64,000 bases of DNA from an uncultured Verrucomicrobia subdivision 3 bacterium (GCA_903922735.1 CAIXUZ010000022.1:8997-72996), one strand, 5' to 3'. Counted from the stretch's first letter, positions 17,557 to 27,600 are shown. Numbers and translations are program-made. Notes: generated by a model from the sequence alone, not told the origin.

Positions 17557-20463
17557 CTATTTTACAAGTTGGATCATCTCGAATAGTGAATCATCCACGC
17601 GCCAACGGAGGTCTTCGAGTGAAGAATCATTTTTGAGACAATGGTGGGCATTGGTTTTAAGAAGGTTGGATTTTTGATCGATGCGGTTTTCATTACCGAT
17701 AGGTCGCCCGCCCTTTTTTTGCCGTGCCACTAGACGGTTTCGAATCGCTGATTCAGGTGCATCCACATACCAGAGTTTAGGCTCGTTTCCAAATTGGGAA
17801 AGCGATAGGAAATCGCTGAGATCACGAACGGCATCCACTACCACCGGTCGCTTGATGACAGCCACCATTTCATCGAGTTTACGAATCAAAGGCTCCTGCT
17901 GGTATTGTTCCAAAACAATGATCCCGAAATCTCTCAAGATGGCATCCGTAATTACATTATCAGCGACTTCCTTTTTATACATGCGCTTGGCAAATGGAAG
18001 TTTTAGGTCATCTACCAACAAAGCACGGATAATGTCCCGTGTTCGCAACCAGTGGAACCCGTAAAAGAGTGACAGATAGCGCGCAGCCACTGATTTTCCG
18101 GCCCCGGTCTTGCCCGACAGGCAGATGATTGGAAGTTTTTCGTAAATCAGCGGATGCAGTTTTGGTATGATCAGTTGAGCCTCGGACGGAATTCCCATCG
18201 GCTCAAATTCATTTGCTTCGTAGAAACGTCCCACGATGGCCGAAGTGATCGCGTCCATTTCATCGTGGGATTCCGTTTTCAGGCCAGGTCCCTTCAAACC
18301 CAATTCAGTCAATCCGGCACGCAGAAATTCAAGGCCCTTTTGTTTACGCGGGATGCAAAGCACGTCCTGTGCGGCCCCGGGATAGGATTCGATCACCTTG
18401 GGACCATTGGGTATGGCCTCAATTTCTCGACGCAATTTGATGCCGCGCAAGGTAAGCGGCTTCATCGAGTCAATCAGAGCGGGATATGCGGAAATTCCCA
18501 CGCTATTCAAATCGTATTCGGCGACCCGCATGATGCCAGCGGATTTGGAAACTTCGGATCCGCCACCCGGAAGGCCAAGCGGTGAATCGATACTGACGAT
18601 GGCGGGTTTTGTTTCCGCAATATAAGCCATGATGTCTTCGTCGGATTCGAGCGAGCAGGTTTTGACCTGCATCCCATCCAGAACGGCCGCGCCGGTGGGT
18701 TTAACCTTGCTGGCCGTCAGATCAAGACCAACAACCCGCGATCCAGCGGGAATACAGCCGTGGGTCGCCACACGCACAATGGTCGGCTTTGAGCGGACGG
18801 CAGGCTTGGCCTCGCCAAATAAATCCAAATCTCCCTGGGCCACGGGCCGAAATTCCGGCTCGTTCTGGGAACGGATATTCCGGGCGGTTTTCAACCACTT
18901 CTTTAACTCGCCATAGCCAAGCAGATTCAAAACCCGACTGGAATCGATATGGGGCAAAACCCTTTGGGCAATTTTGAGGTGTTCCAAATGCGCACGGCTA
19001 TGAGCGTCACTACCAAATGAAATCCAACAGCCAGTTGAAGATGCCTGGCGGAGCAACGGCAAAAGCAAATCCAGCCGGGAGGGAAAACAATTGAATTCCA
19101 GAGCCACCCGCCATTTCTTGCAAGCTGCAAAAACCCGGTCCCAATCCACCGCCACCGGAGTACGGTGATAGTTCGGCACGCCCGGTTTCCCCAGAATCGT
19201 TGCCGTAGGGTGGCCTAAAATATCAATAAGACCCGACTCAATGGCTCGCAAAATCCGGTTGGTATTTACCGTGTGATCAGCACTCCATGAACTGTGAACC
19301 GACCCCACCACAATATCCAGGCCGGCCAGCAGGCCAGGTGGAAGATCCACAGCACCATCCACCAAAATGTCGGCTTCTACCCCGTGAAGAATCTTGATGC
19401 CTGGCCGCACTAATGACAGTGAAACGGCCTGCCGAATCCAAGCAACCGGAGTGACCCCGCCTTGCAATTTGCTCGACCGGCTGTGATCGGTAATAGCCAG
19501 ATATTCCAAGCCCATTTTTTTGGCCGCATCGGCCATGGTTTGGAGCGCGGCTGCGCCGTCAGACCAATTGGTGTGCGAGTGCAGGTCGCCCCGCAAACTG
19601 AAGCCTCCCGAATTTAATAGAGGGTCAGCTTGTAAAGCTAGAGCGGCAATTGATTGGGGTTGGCCGGCAAAATATTCGGCGGTTTCGATAAAAGCCGTCC
19701 ATCCCAATATATGCTTAATGGAAACCTTGTTTTCAGAGATGCGCTTAAACCGGAAAAAGTGATCTTTACTCACCGCTTTCTTCACCACCTTCACCAGCGA
19801 GGTGCCCTCGGGCAGTTTGGTTTGAACGCAAAGGCCACCCATAATTGGTTCGAGACCGTCACCTAATTTGGGGGCAGCCCACAAGCATGGCTGGCCGACA
19901 AGGTTTTCAATTTCGTGAAGCAACCGCATCAACGGCGGAACCACATGCGCCGCCTCCCATAATGAATTCGCTTTACCCTCCCAAATTTCCAGCAGTGCCG
20001 GGGCTTTGAGGGTGGTTGACTTGACCGCATTGGAAAGCCAATCCTCTGGGGGCCTATTTTTGGATAAGGCTTCCGCCACCTGTTTGAGGCCCAAACCACG
20101 AACAGAGCGAAGACGCAAACACGCTTGGTGCACCGGAGTGCTTAATGCCTCAAGTTCTGGAATTGTGCCCGTCGCCTCAATTTTCAATAAATGGTCTTTA
20201 ATCCGGGTTGAGGGATCGCTATCGAGGGTATCTTCGTCAGCATCACCACGAAGCCACCGATTCACATTCGTGGTGTAGCCATCGAGACTCAGAGCCGCTT
20301 TCCAGAGCGCAAAAACTCGATATTCTGGAATATCTACGTTCTTGGCGAGGGCATCAATTTGAAGCAGATACGCCAAATCATACAATGGTTGAACGTGTTC
20401 AAAATCACGCGGACGAAAATAATCCGAACCCAAAGTGAGCAAGTGTTTTTTGGGGTTGTTCAT
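17557..20463 (-). CDS. 968-aa fusion: PolX-like HhH N-terminus (palm degenerate), PHP phosphoesterase, DUF429-like RNase-H-fold domain, P-loop nucleotide-kinase-like domain
   Basis: HhH: LRSVRGLGLKQVAEAL. PHP: DLHSHTNWSDG, ITDHSRS, GVEADIL, VGSVHS, ILGHP, FGSDAHS. DUF429-like: VVGLDLT, IVSIDSPLGLPGG, HDEMDAITSA. Kinase: ICLSGKTGAGKS. Confidence 0.7.
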   Translation of the reverse strand: MNNPKKHLLTLGSDYFRPRDFEHVQPLYDLAYLLQIDALAKNVDIPEYRVFALWKAALSLDGYTTNVNRWLRGDADEDTLDSDPSTRIKDHLLKIEATGTIPELEALSTPVHQACLRLRSVRGLGLKQVAEALSKNRPPEDWLSNAVKSTTLKAPALLEIWEGKANSLWEAAHVVPPLMRLLHEIENLVGQPCLWAAPKLGDGLEPIMGGLCVQTKLPEGTSLVKVVKKAVSKDHFFRFKRISENKVSIKHILGWTAFIETAEYFAGQPQSIAALALQADPLLNSGGFSLRGDLHSHTNWSDGAAALQTMADAAKKMGLEYLAITDHSRSSKLQGGVTPVAWIRQAVSLSLVRPGIKILHGVEADILVDGAVDLPPGLLAGLDIVVGSVHSSWSADHTVNTNRILRAIESGLIDILGHPTATILGKPGVPNYHRTPVAVDWDRVFAACKKWRVALEFNCFPSRLDLLLPLLRQASSTGCWISFGSDAHSRAHLEHLKIAQRVLPHIDSSRVLNLLGYGELKKWLKTARNIRSQNEPEFRPVAQGDLDLFGEAKPAVRSKPTIVRVATHGCIPAGSRVVGLDLTASKVKPTGAAVLDGMQVKTCSLESDEDIMAYIAETKPAIVSIDSPLGLPGGGSEVSKSAGIMRVAEYDLNSVGISAYPALIDSMKPLTLRGIKLRREIEAIPNGPKVIESYPGAAQDVLCIPRKQKGLEFLRAGLTELGLKGPGLKTESHDEMDAITSAIVGRFYEANEFEPMGIPSEAQLIIPKLHPLIYEKLPIICLSGKTGAGKSVAARYLSLFYGFHWLRTRDIIRALLVDDLKLPFAKRMYKKEVADNVITDAILRDFGIIVLEQYQQEPLIRKLDEMVAVIKRPVVVDAVRDLSDFLSLSQFGNEPKLWYVDAPESAIRNRLVARQKKGGRPIGNENRIDQKSNLLKTNAHHCLKNDSSLEDLRWRVDDSLFEMIQLVK

Positions 20464-20479
20464 TGTTATCGACTTTGAA

Positions 20480-21118
20480 TTATCGACCGGGCCAACTAGC
20501 CGCGAAAGAATCGATCACGGAACTGACCTGAGCTAAGGCCGTTGGATCATTTATACAATCGAAATGGTCCGCATCAATAATGTGAATATTTTTCGCCCCA
20601 CGCAAAAACGCCTCGTGATAGGCCCGATTCAGCCTTTTAAAATATTCCACGTCGATAACTTGCTCGATGGAACGGTTGCGTTTCCGAATCCGGTCGATAA
20701 TGAGATCGTCACTCCCTTTCAAATAAATAATAAGATCGGGAGCCGGGAGCCGCGCTCGCAGGAACTCGTAGAGCTGAATAAATACTTTCTTTTCAGATGC
20801 CACCTGAAAATTCAAATCTCCAAAAATTAAATCCTTGGCAAAAGTGAAATCGGTAATCGATTCTTGGGCGGAATTGGTCAGCCCCTTTAATTGATGATAA
20901 TGCACCAACAGGAACTGCATTTCCGTTTCAAAAACGTTCCCAACGGGATCTCGATAAAAAGCGCTCAAAAAGGGGTTTTTCTCAAAATCCTCCAAAACCA
21001 GAGCAGCCTTGCGGAAATCGGCCAGCATGGTTGCGAGGGTCGTTTTGCCGACACCGATGCAGCCATCAACCGCGATATGTAATTTTGAACCGCCGCTCAT
21101 GCGGAAAAGTCTTAACAT
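20480..21118 (-). CDS. Deoxynucleoside kinase family protein (variant: DFT in place of the (D/E)RS motif)
   Basis: HIAVDGCIGVGKTTLATML, LEDFEKNPFLSAFYRDP, QFLLVHY, and the LID-like IDRIRKRNRSIEQ. The start is taken at the ATG at 21118 (alternative 21100). The track ORF extends to 21367 and overlaps the upstream gene. Confidence 0.7.
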   Translation of the reverse strand: MLRLFRMSGGSKLHIAVDGCIGVGKTTLATMLADFRKAALVLEDFEKNPFLSAFYRDPVGNVFETEMQFLLVHYHQLKGLTNSAQESITDFTFAKDLIFGDLNFQVASEKKVFIQLYEFLRARLPAPDLIIYLKGSDDLIIDRIRKRNRSIEQVIDVEYFKRLNRAYHEAFLRGAKNIHIIDADHFDCINDPTALAQVSSVIDSFAASWPGR

Positions 21119-21222
21119 TTTTGCTAGAAAAAAACACCTGAATTTGTCTTCGATTTCGATTATCTCACCTAGAATGCTAGGTTGAGTTGAATGCGAAGCG
21201 TAAAAGAATCGTTTTAAAACGA

Positions 21223-21930
21223 CTAGATGTTTCGCCCCATGTATGCCGGGCGATTCGGTTTCCGAGGTGAATCGGTAATGCGCAAAGTAGCGTAGCCACG
21301 TTTCATTGAGAGATCGTAGTGCTGCCAAGACGCAACCTTCGCATGACGTTTCATTCGTTTTCTCCATTCCCTGTGGTTATAGAGTTTTGATCCGATGAAG
21401 TGAAAACCCGACAACGTCCGGAAAACAAATCCCGGTTCGCCTTTTAAGGCATGCGCAGGAAAGCTGCTGATGTTGTCAAAGTCCAGCATGATGAGGTGTT
21501 TCTCGGCATACTGGTTGACCCGGCTATTCAGGCCCAGAACATAATCTGTAGCCTCCTTCACACGAAGCCCCACCAAGGTGCGCCCCATGCTGTTGCGCAA
21601 CTGCTCCAGCCATTTGTCAGTCACGCGCCCCTTGGGGGACCAAACCGTGAAGCGCGTATGGTGGTAGTAGGATTTGGGGCAATAAATGTCGAAAGAGTAA
21701 TCGCGTATTTCCGGGTTTTCCTCGTCCAGAATTTCCAGAATGCGGGCCAATGAAACGGGAGGAATTTCGCGGGAGACCCGGGCAATGAATTTCCTTACCT
21801 GCCGGATACGGGCGCCAATATCCTTTTCCATGGAAGGAATGAACTCCCCGTAATCAGCCTTGTCTCGCTCGGAAAAAAGGCGCCGGAGCAACTTGGCATA
21901 TCCGCGAGGGAAGGTGACCGGCTGCCGCAA
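21223..21930 (-). CDS. Hypothetical protein with weak archaeo-eukaryotic primase (AEP)-like motif pair
   Basis: HLIMLDFDN (hhhhDxD) followed about 20 aa later by FRTLSGFHFIG (sGxH). The start is uncertain: TTG at 21930 or ATG at 21831. The track ORF start at 22209 runs antisense into the AIPR gene. Confidence 0.45.
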   Translation of the reverse strand: MRQPVTFPRGYAKLLRRLFSERDKADYGEFIPSMEKDIGARIRQVRKFIARVSREIPPVSLARILEILDEENPEIRDYSFDIYCPKSYYHHTRFTVWSPKGRVTDKWLEQLRNSMGRTLVGLRVKEATDYVLGLNSRVNQYAEKHLIMLDFDNISSFPAHALKGEPGFVFRTLSGFHFIGSKLYNHREWRKRMKRHAKVASWQHYDLSMKRGYATLRITDSPRKPNRPAYMGRNI

Positions 21931-21954
21931 GCCTTTGGGCGCTGGTTTGCAACG

Positions 21955-23577
21955 ATGTTTTTCCAAGGGGTAACGCAGGTTACCATTCCGGATGGTGCGG
22001 GAGATGGTAAGGTGGATATCCTTGTCGCCTGCCAGGTGGGCGACAAGGTCCGCTACAAAATTCTCAACACCAAGTTTACCAACGAATATGACCGCAGCTC
22101 CCCGGTAGCATTCTACGACGAAATTACGCGTTTCTGGCAGGCCTTTGAAAACAAGGGGAATCGCAATGACTATCTGAACAATGTGGTGCGGCAGACACTC
22201 CGTGAGCATTACAAAAAACTGTTCAAACTATATGACGAAGGGAAGGCCGAACTGTTCTTTGTCACCAACCACAGAATCAATGAAAACCAGTATCGCAGCG
22301 TGCAGCGGTATGGCATGAGCATCCTGCACTTGGAAGATATTCTCCAATATGTGGCTGAGAATACTGAGGGCGCGATGCCTGAGACAGAATCTTTGCTTTT
22401 AAATGGCATTTCAAATGTTTTAACCCCGGCGACAAACGAAACGGAGGTGCCGACCTCCATCGTGTTTGCCCGGTTGATTGACTTTATTCACTACATGGAA
22501 GAGGACCCGCTTGACCTACTCTTCGCCCGGAATGTCCGACTTTGGCTGGGGAACACGGAAACGAATCAGGAGATACAAAAAACCTTCAAAGTTGCCCCAA
22601 AGGAATTCGCCTACAGCAACAACGGAATTACCATCTTGTGCAAGAAACATACGCACAACCCAGGCAAGCAAGAGTTGTCATTGGAAAATCCACGGGTAGT
22701 GAACGGATCTCAGACGTTGCACAGTATTAGACAAGTCGACAGCCCCTCCTCCAATGCCCGCGTGATGGTTCGGATTATTGAAGTGCCGGCCAACGGTCAC
22801 GGGGATCTGCCGGCTCAAATCGAAAAACGTAAGGAGATCATCCATAAAATATCCATCCGCTCAAACCAACAAAACCCAATCAAACGATGGAACCTAGTTT
22901 CGAATGATGATTTTCAAAACGAACTGGCCCGGAATTTTTGGTCGAAACATCTTTATTACGAACGGCGCCAAAACGAATGGAAGGTGCGAAAATTAGAATT
23001 GTGGGGAGTGGGTATTGAGCGGGGGCCAGATTTACGTTGGATGGTGCAGCTGATCGCGGCCTCGCACTATGGCTCACGAAAACTTGGGGCGGCGGTGGCG
23101 CAAGGGCAAATTAATCTGCTGTTCGAGGAGGAACCCTACGCCGTGATCCGAAGCACCAGCCCAGAAAAAGCATATCAGTTGTTTCTGCTCGGAGAAATCA
23201 TGTCGTTGTCACTGAGGCGTCTACGCGGCAGCAAGCGCTATATCGCGAACTTAAAAACCTACATCGACCTGGCCATATTTTCTTTTATTTGCAAAGCGCT
23301 ATATGAGGCCGGTATCAGCCTAGGGAAAGAGGCCCTGAATGAAAAACTAGAAGCATTACGGAACAGTGGGACAGTGGAATTTGACAAACCGATCAAGGCG
23401 CTCATTGATATTTTCTGCAAAGAATATGAGGCTGAGAAAGCAAGAATATACCGGAAAGAAGGCAAAGAATTGAGCGTTGCCAATTATGTCAAAAGCCGCA
23501 ACTACATTGCGAATTTGTTGGAAGTAGCAATTCCAAAATCAATAGTCAAGGCGCTCACGGAAACCATGAGTGACTAA
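21955..23577 (+). CDS. AIPR (abortive infection phage resistance) family protein, possibly 5'-truncated
   Basis: PDGAGDGKVDILVA...KILNTKFT is nuclease-like, and the central NPRVVNGSQTLHSIRQ with RIIEV... is typical of AIPR as I recall it. Only about 12 codons precede the GDG motif. Confidence 0.6.
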   Translation: MFFQGVTQVTIPDGAGDGKVDILVACQVGDKVRYKILNTKFTNEYDRSSPVAFYDEITRFWQAFENKGNRNDYLNNVVRQTLREHYKKLFKLYDEGKAELFFVTNHRINENQYRSVQRYGMSILHLEDILQYVAENTEGAMPETESLLLNGISNVLTPATNETEVPTSIVFARLIDFIHYMEEDPLDLLFARNVRLWLGNTETNQEIQKTFKVAPKEFAYSNNGITILCKKHTHNPGKQELSLENPRVVNGSQTLHSIRQVDSPSSNARVMVRIIEVPANGHGDLPAQIEKRKEIIHKISIRSNQQNPIKRWNLVSNDDFQNELARNFWSKHLYYERRQNEWKVRKLELWGVGIERGPDLRWMVQLIAASHYGSRKLGAAVAQGQINLLFEEEPYAVIRSTSPEKAYQLFLLGEIMSLSLRRLRGSKRYIANLKTYIDLAIFSFICKALYEAGISLGKEALNEKLEALRNSGTVEFDKPIKALIDIFCKEYEAEKARIYRKEGKELSVANYVKSRNYIANLLEVAIPKSIVKALTETMSD

Positions 23578-23588
23578 CGAAGAATCGA

Positions 23589-24665
23589 TTAACTTTCTGT
23601 GCTAGTTACGGCACTTTTAAGGAATTCCCAGCCGACATATTCCTGGGCAAGACGCTGTTTAGCAGTGAACAACTGGCGGGCGGGTTCAGCGCAGTCGCCG
23701 AGCCAATCGCAAAGGGTCGGGGATGGCGGTTCGCCGTCATACGGCTGGCCGCGGCCAGCGCCAAGTTTCAATAACTGACGATAGCTCCAGAGGTGCGGCT
23801 CGACGGAGGGAATTCCCGGTTTGGTTGCGAACTGGGGAATGCGCAAGCCTTGGGGATCGAGATCACCAAAATACAGGATGCGGCGCACCCCGCCGATTTC
23901 CGCGAAGATGTCCGAAAGATAACGAACACCGTCCAAGAAACGATTGCCATCGCCGTAAAGAACGGCACTGAACAGCTTGCGCTCGGCGTTCCAGCGGCAA
24001 TATGAGTGCCAAGTGGCCGCGTTTTCGATGACGATCAGCGGTTGAGCGGAAGCGCAGGCCGGGCCGCGTTTCCAAGCGAGAGGCACACCGATGATCTCAC
24101 ACGCCAAGTCACTTTTGGCGTCCAGATGGTTTGGCCGAAACAGCACCGATGAAAGCAGAGAGTCGAGCCGTTTTTCATCACCAAAAATCTGAAGAGAGCG
24201 TTCTTTAATGGGGACCACCGGGCTATTTATTTCATGGGCGGACAAAAAGGCATTCAATTTGAGCAAATCCTCAAGCTCCACATTCACGCGGGTATGGGTG
24301 AGAAACTGCAATTTTTGAACCCAAGGAATTGACGCCAGTTCCACGCTTTTATCCGACACGTCAGCGGGATGAATCCGGCGAAACGCCGCGAACCATTCTC
24401 GCTCGGAACTCAACGGAAGCGCAAATCTTTGAATGCGCTCGCCATCGCGCCGTAAACGCAGTTCCAAAAATCCATCCAGAGCCAACAGTTTGGCGATCCG
24501 GCGGGCTTCAGCCTCGTCCTCGGCCGTTTGCAAACCACTCTCATCCAAAAAAGTTTCCCAATCCTGACTCCACGCCGTTTTGGGATGAGGATTGCGTTCC
24601 CGAAGACGCGAGAACCGAGCAAAGATTGCCTCAGTAAATGATGCTTCAGTGAGGGCTAATTTCAT
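23589..24665 (-). CDS. jetD: Wadjet JetD (DUF2220/Toprim-like nuclease subunit)
   Basis: The C-terminal ILYFGDLDPQGLRIP motif and its position after jetC. The ATG at 24665 is 2 nt after the jetC stop. The track start at 24695 would overlap jetC. Confidence 0.8.
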   Translation of the reverse strand: MKLALTEASFTEAIFARFSRLRERNPHPKTAWSQDWETFLDESGLQTAEDEAEARRIAKLLALDGFLELRLRRDGERIQRFALPLSSEREWFAAFRRIHPADVSDKSVELASIPWVQKLQFLTHTRVNVELEDLLKLNAFLSAHEINSPVVPIKERSLQIFGDEKRLDSLLSSVLFRPNHLDAKSDLACEIIGVPLAWKRGPACASAQPLIVIENAATWHSYCRWNAERKLFSAVLYGDGNRFLDGVRYLSDIFAEIGGVRRILYFGDLDPQGLRIPQFATKPGIPSVEPHLWSYRQLLKLGAGRGQPYDGEPPSPTLCDWLGDCAEPARQLFTAKQRLAQEYVGWEFLKSAVTSTES

Positions 24666-24666
24666 C

Positions 24667-27600
24667 TTAGCTCTCCAATTCCGCCAAGGTGTCATGGGCG
24701 CGAGCCGGATGCGCCCAATTTTCGATCACCACCCGCCCGTCCGGACCAATGGATTTATGAATGGTAATCATCAGAATAGTGTTGGCACCCCGCAAGGCTG
24801 AAGGGGCATCTTTATCCGGCATGGCGAGGACAAGTTGCAATCCCAGCGCGTCCGCTGTGCTCATGCAACTGGAGACGCCCTCGCCGGACAACTTAGAAAA
24901 AGCCTCATCCATCGCCACCAGTCCCAGCGTATCCCGGCGCGAAAGGCTGCCCGGTTCGGCGCGATGATAAGCGCGCAGGAAAGACGCCAACATCGCGAGG
25001 AAAAAGGGTGACTGGCTTTCACCGCCGCTCAATTTACCAGCATGGCGATTCAATGAACTCCACCCGGTATCCTCCGGCAACCGCTGATCCTTGGCCTTCA
25101 TATCGAACTTGAAATACTCACGATAGTCCAAGCGCAAACGCAGCGGGCTATCCGCCGGCGACTTGAGGGCTTCCATCAATTTGGCCTTGGCCGCTTCAAT
25201 CTCGGGATCATGGATGGCAGCGACCAACGGGTCGGTCACCTCCAGCCCGTTTTTCAGAAGTTTCCAGAGCTGGTCAAAATCTGAATCATGGCGTTGATCC
25301 CATGAAATACGGTAATGGTTATGGCCGATGGGTTCGTCAATGCTGGAGTTCAACTGCTTGATGTCTTTCACGACTTGATCCGTTCGACGCTTCAGCTCGC
25401 TCATGACATGCTGTTTGAGGCGGTCCTCCCAGTCTTTTTTACTCTCGTCCGATTTAAGCCGATATTCTTCAACCTTTTGATCTTCCAACAGCCGCCGCTC
25501 CGCATCGTAATCATCGTTACTATCATCCAATTCGTTGAACCGGGAAAATTCGGCAAACTGCTGACGAAGAAGTGCCCGCTCACGGATCTTTTCTCCCCGC
25601 GCCGTTTCCGCCTTTTTAGCTTCTTCCCCGCGCAATTCAATAGCTCGTTTGATTCGGTCATCCCAATTGCGATAATCGGACAAAAACACGGCCGCACTTT
25701 CTTCCCGAATCTGGGAGGGCAAACCTTGACCAAAGTGAGCCACACACTCTTCAAAGTTAAGACGCCGTTCAGACTCGGTGGTTAGCAACGACGTATGCCT
25801 CTCTTCCTGATCACGGATGCGTTTGACGGTATCCTTATCTTTGAGGCGTGCTTCCAGGGCGACGAGCTCGGTGTGCTCTGAATCGAGCCGCTGCACCTCG
25901 GCCACACGTTCCTCCAAATCCGGTTTGGCCAACACGGCTAATTGGTTTTTTACCGAGGCCAATTCATTTTGTTTCGTCTCCAACAAAGCAAATCCTTCTG
26001 CGCCGGAAACCAAAACCGCAGCGCCAAGGTGCAACTCTTCCCCGCCCTCAATCCAGCGGGTCAACCGCTGGGATACTTCCTGAGCTTTGAGCAAATCAGC
26101 AGATTTTTCGGCAAGGATCTTCAGCTTGCGCTGCTTCATGGCTTCCAAGCCTTTGATACCAATGACCGGATCAAAATCAGCAGTGCGTCCCAATTTGGAA
26201 GTCACCGGCCGGTTCCAGAGAACCGCATTGACCGTGATGGCCCGAGGTTTGCCCTTGAACTGTGACGGCGAATCAACGCAGACCACCCGGCCCAGTAAGT
26301 GATCCAGAAAAGCGCGGGCGACAGGATGGGACGCGGTCACTTTCTCAGCCAAGGAATTGGGGAGCACCTGAGCATCCAACTTCAAGGCCTCGTCCGGATC
26401 CACTAGCGGTTCGCGACGGGTTTCCCGGTCGAACTCCTTATCCAAAAGCTGCTGCGCGAGCAAGTGACGCTGGGGGTCTAAAATCAAAGAGAATCGGTTA
26501 TTCCGCAGGAACAATTCCAGCGCAGGCCGCCATTGCTCCGCCTCCGGCTTAATCTCTGTCAGACGGCATAACTGCTCCGGCCCAAAAGCGCCGGGGGTGC
26601 GGGGTAACTTTTTTTCAAAGTAATCGCGCAAGGGAAAATCGCCATGAGTCCGATTGGAATCCAGTTTGCGCATATCCTCTTTAAGCGCATTTACCTCGCG
26701 AGTCAGACTGGTCACTTTGCCCGAATAAATGCTCTGCTCGGTTGCGGCTTTGACACGCAAACCATTGAAGTGATCGGCCAGAGCAGGCAAGGCCGCAAGG
26801 CCAGACTCAACCGTGCCAGAGAAAATTGACGACAGCAAATCGGCGCGCGGCTCGATCCCATCGGCCAACAATCCCCCGGGCAGTTGCCGACCCAATTGGA
26901 GCCATCGTTTCCAAGACTCGGCCCGCTCGCGCAACTGGCTCAGAGTATCGGTGCGCCGTTGAGTCAAGCCCACGACTTCGGCATGAAGCTGCTTCTGCCG
27001 ATTGCGAAGATTCAGCAACTCATCCCCGCCTTCTTTAGACAAAAGGACGCGGGCGGCGTCCATTGCCAGTTTGGCCGCCTCGCGTTTGGAAGACGTAGCG
27101 GATAAATTACGTTGCTCGTCCTCTGCCTGGGATCGTAACGAGATGAGTAACTCGGCCGCCGCTTCCCGCGCCTCCACGGTGCGCTTCAATTCGAAATCCT
27201 TTTCCAAAACCCGCATCAATCGAGCCTGTTTATCGGCGGCGAGCTGATCCTCGTGATGGCTGGCGATTCGTTTTAGAAACAGCAGCTGATTTTCATACCG
27301 CTGCAATTTGCGGGCATAATCCTCATGAACCTCCAGACTCCGACGAACCGCATCAATTTCGAGCGGCGTTTCAGCCAACAGCCGTTCGCGAATAAATTCA
27401 TCGAACCGAGTAATCCGTTGAAAAGCCAAAGACTCAGGCAACGTCTTAAGAAGCGACTTGAGATTAAAGTTTAAACTTGCTGCATGCGAAAGGTTGTCCA
27501 GATAGGACTCCTCACGATCCCAAACATCTCCACCCTCGCGTTTGAGCCAAGCACGAAACGGAGCTTCCTCCAGAAAGTCGCCTTGCTCATCACATGTTTG

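Noticed and set aside
21931-22209. First 93 codons of track ORF 21223-22209
   Set aside because: This part runs antisense through the AIPR 5' region and looks non-protein-like. An in-frame TTG at 21930 or ATG at 21831 is the more plausible start.
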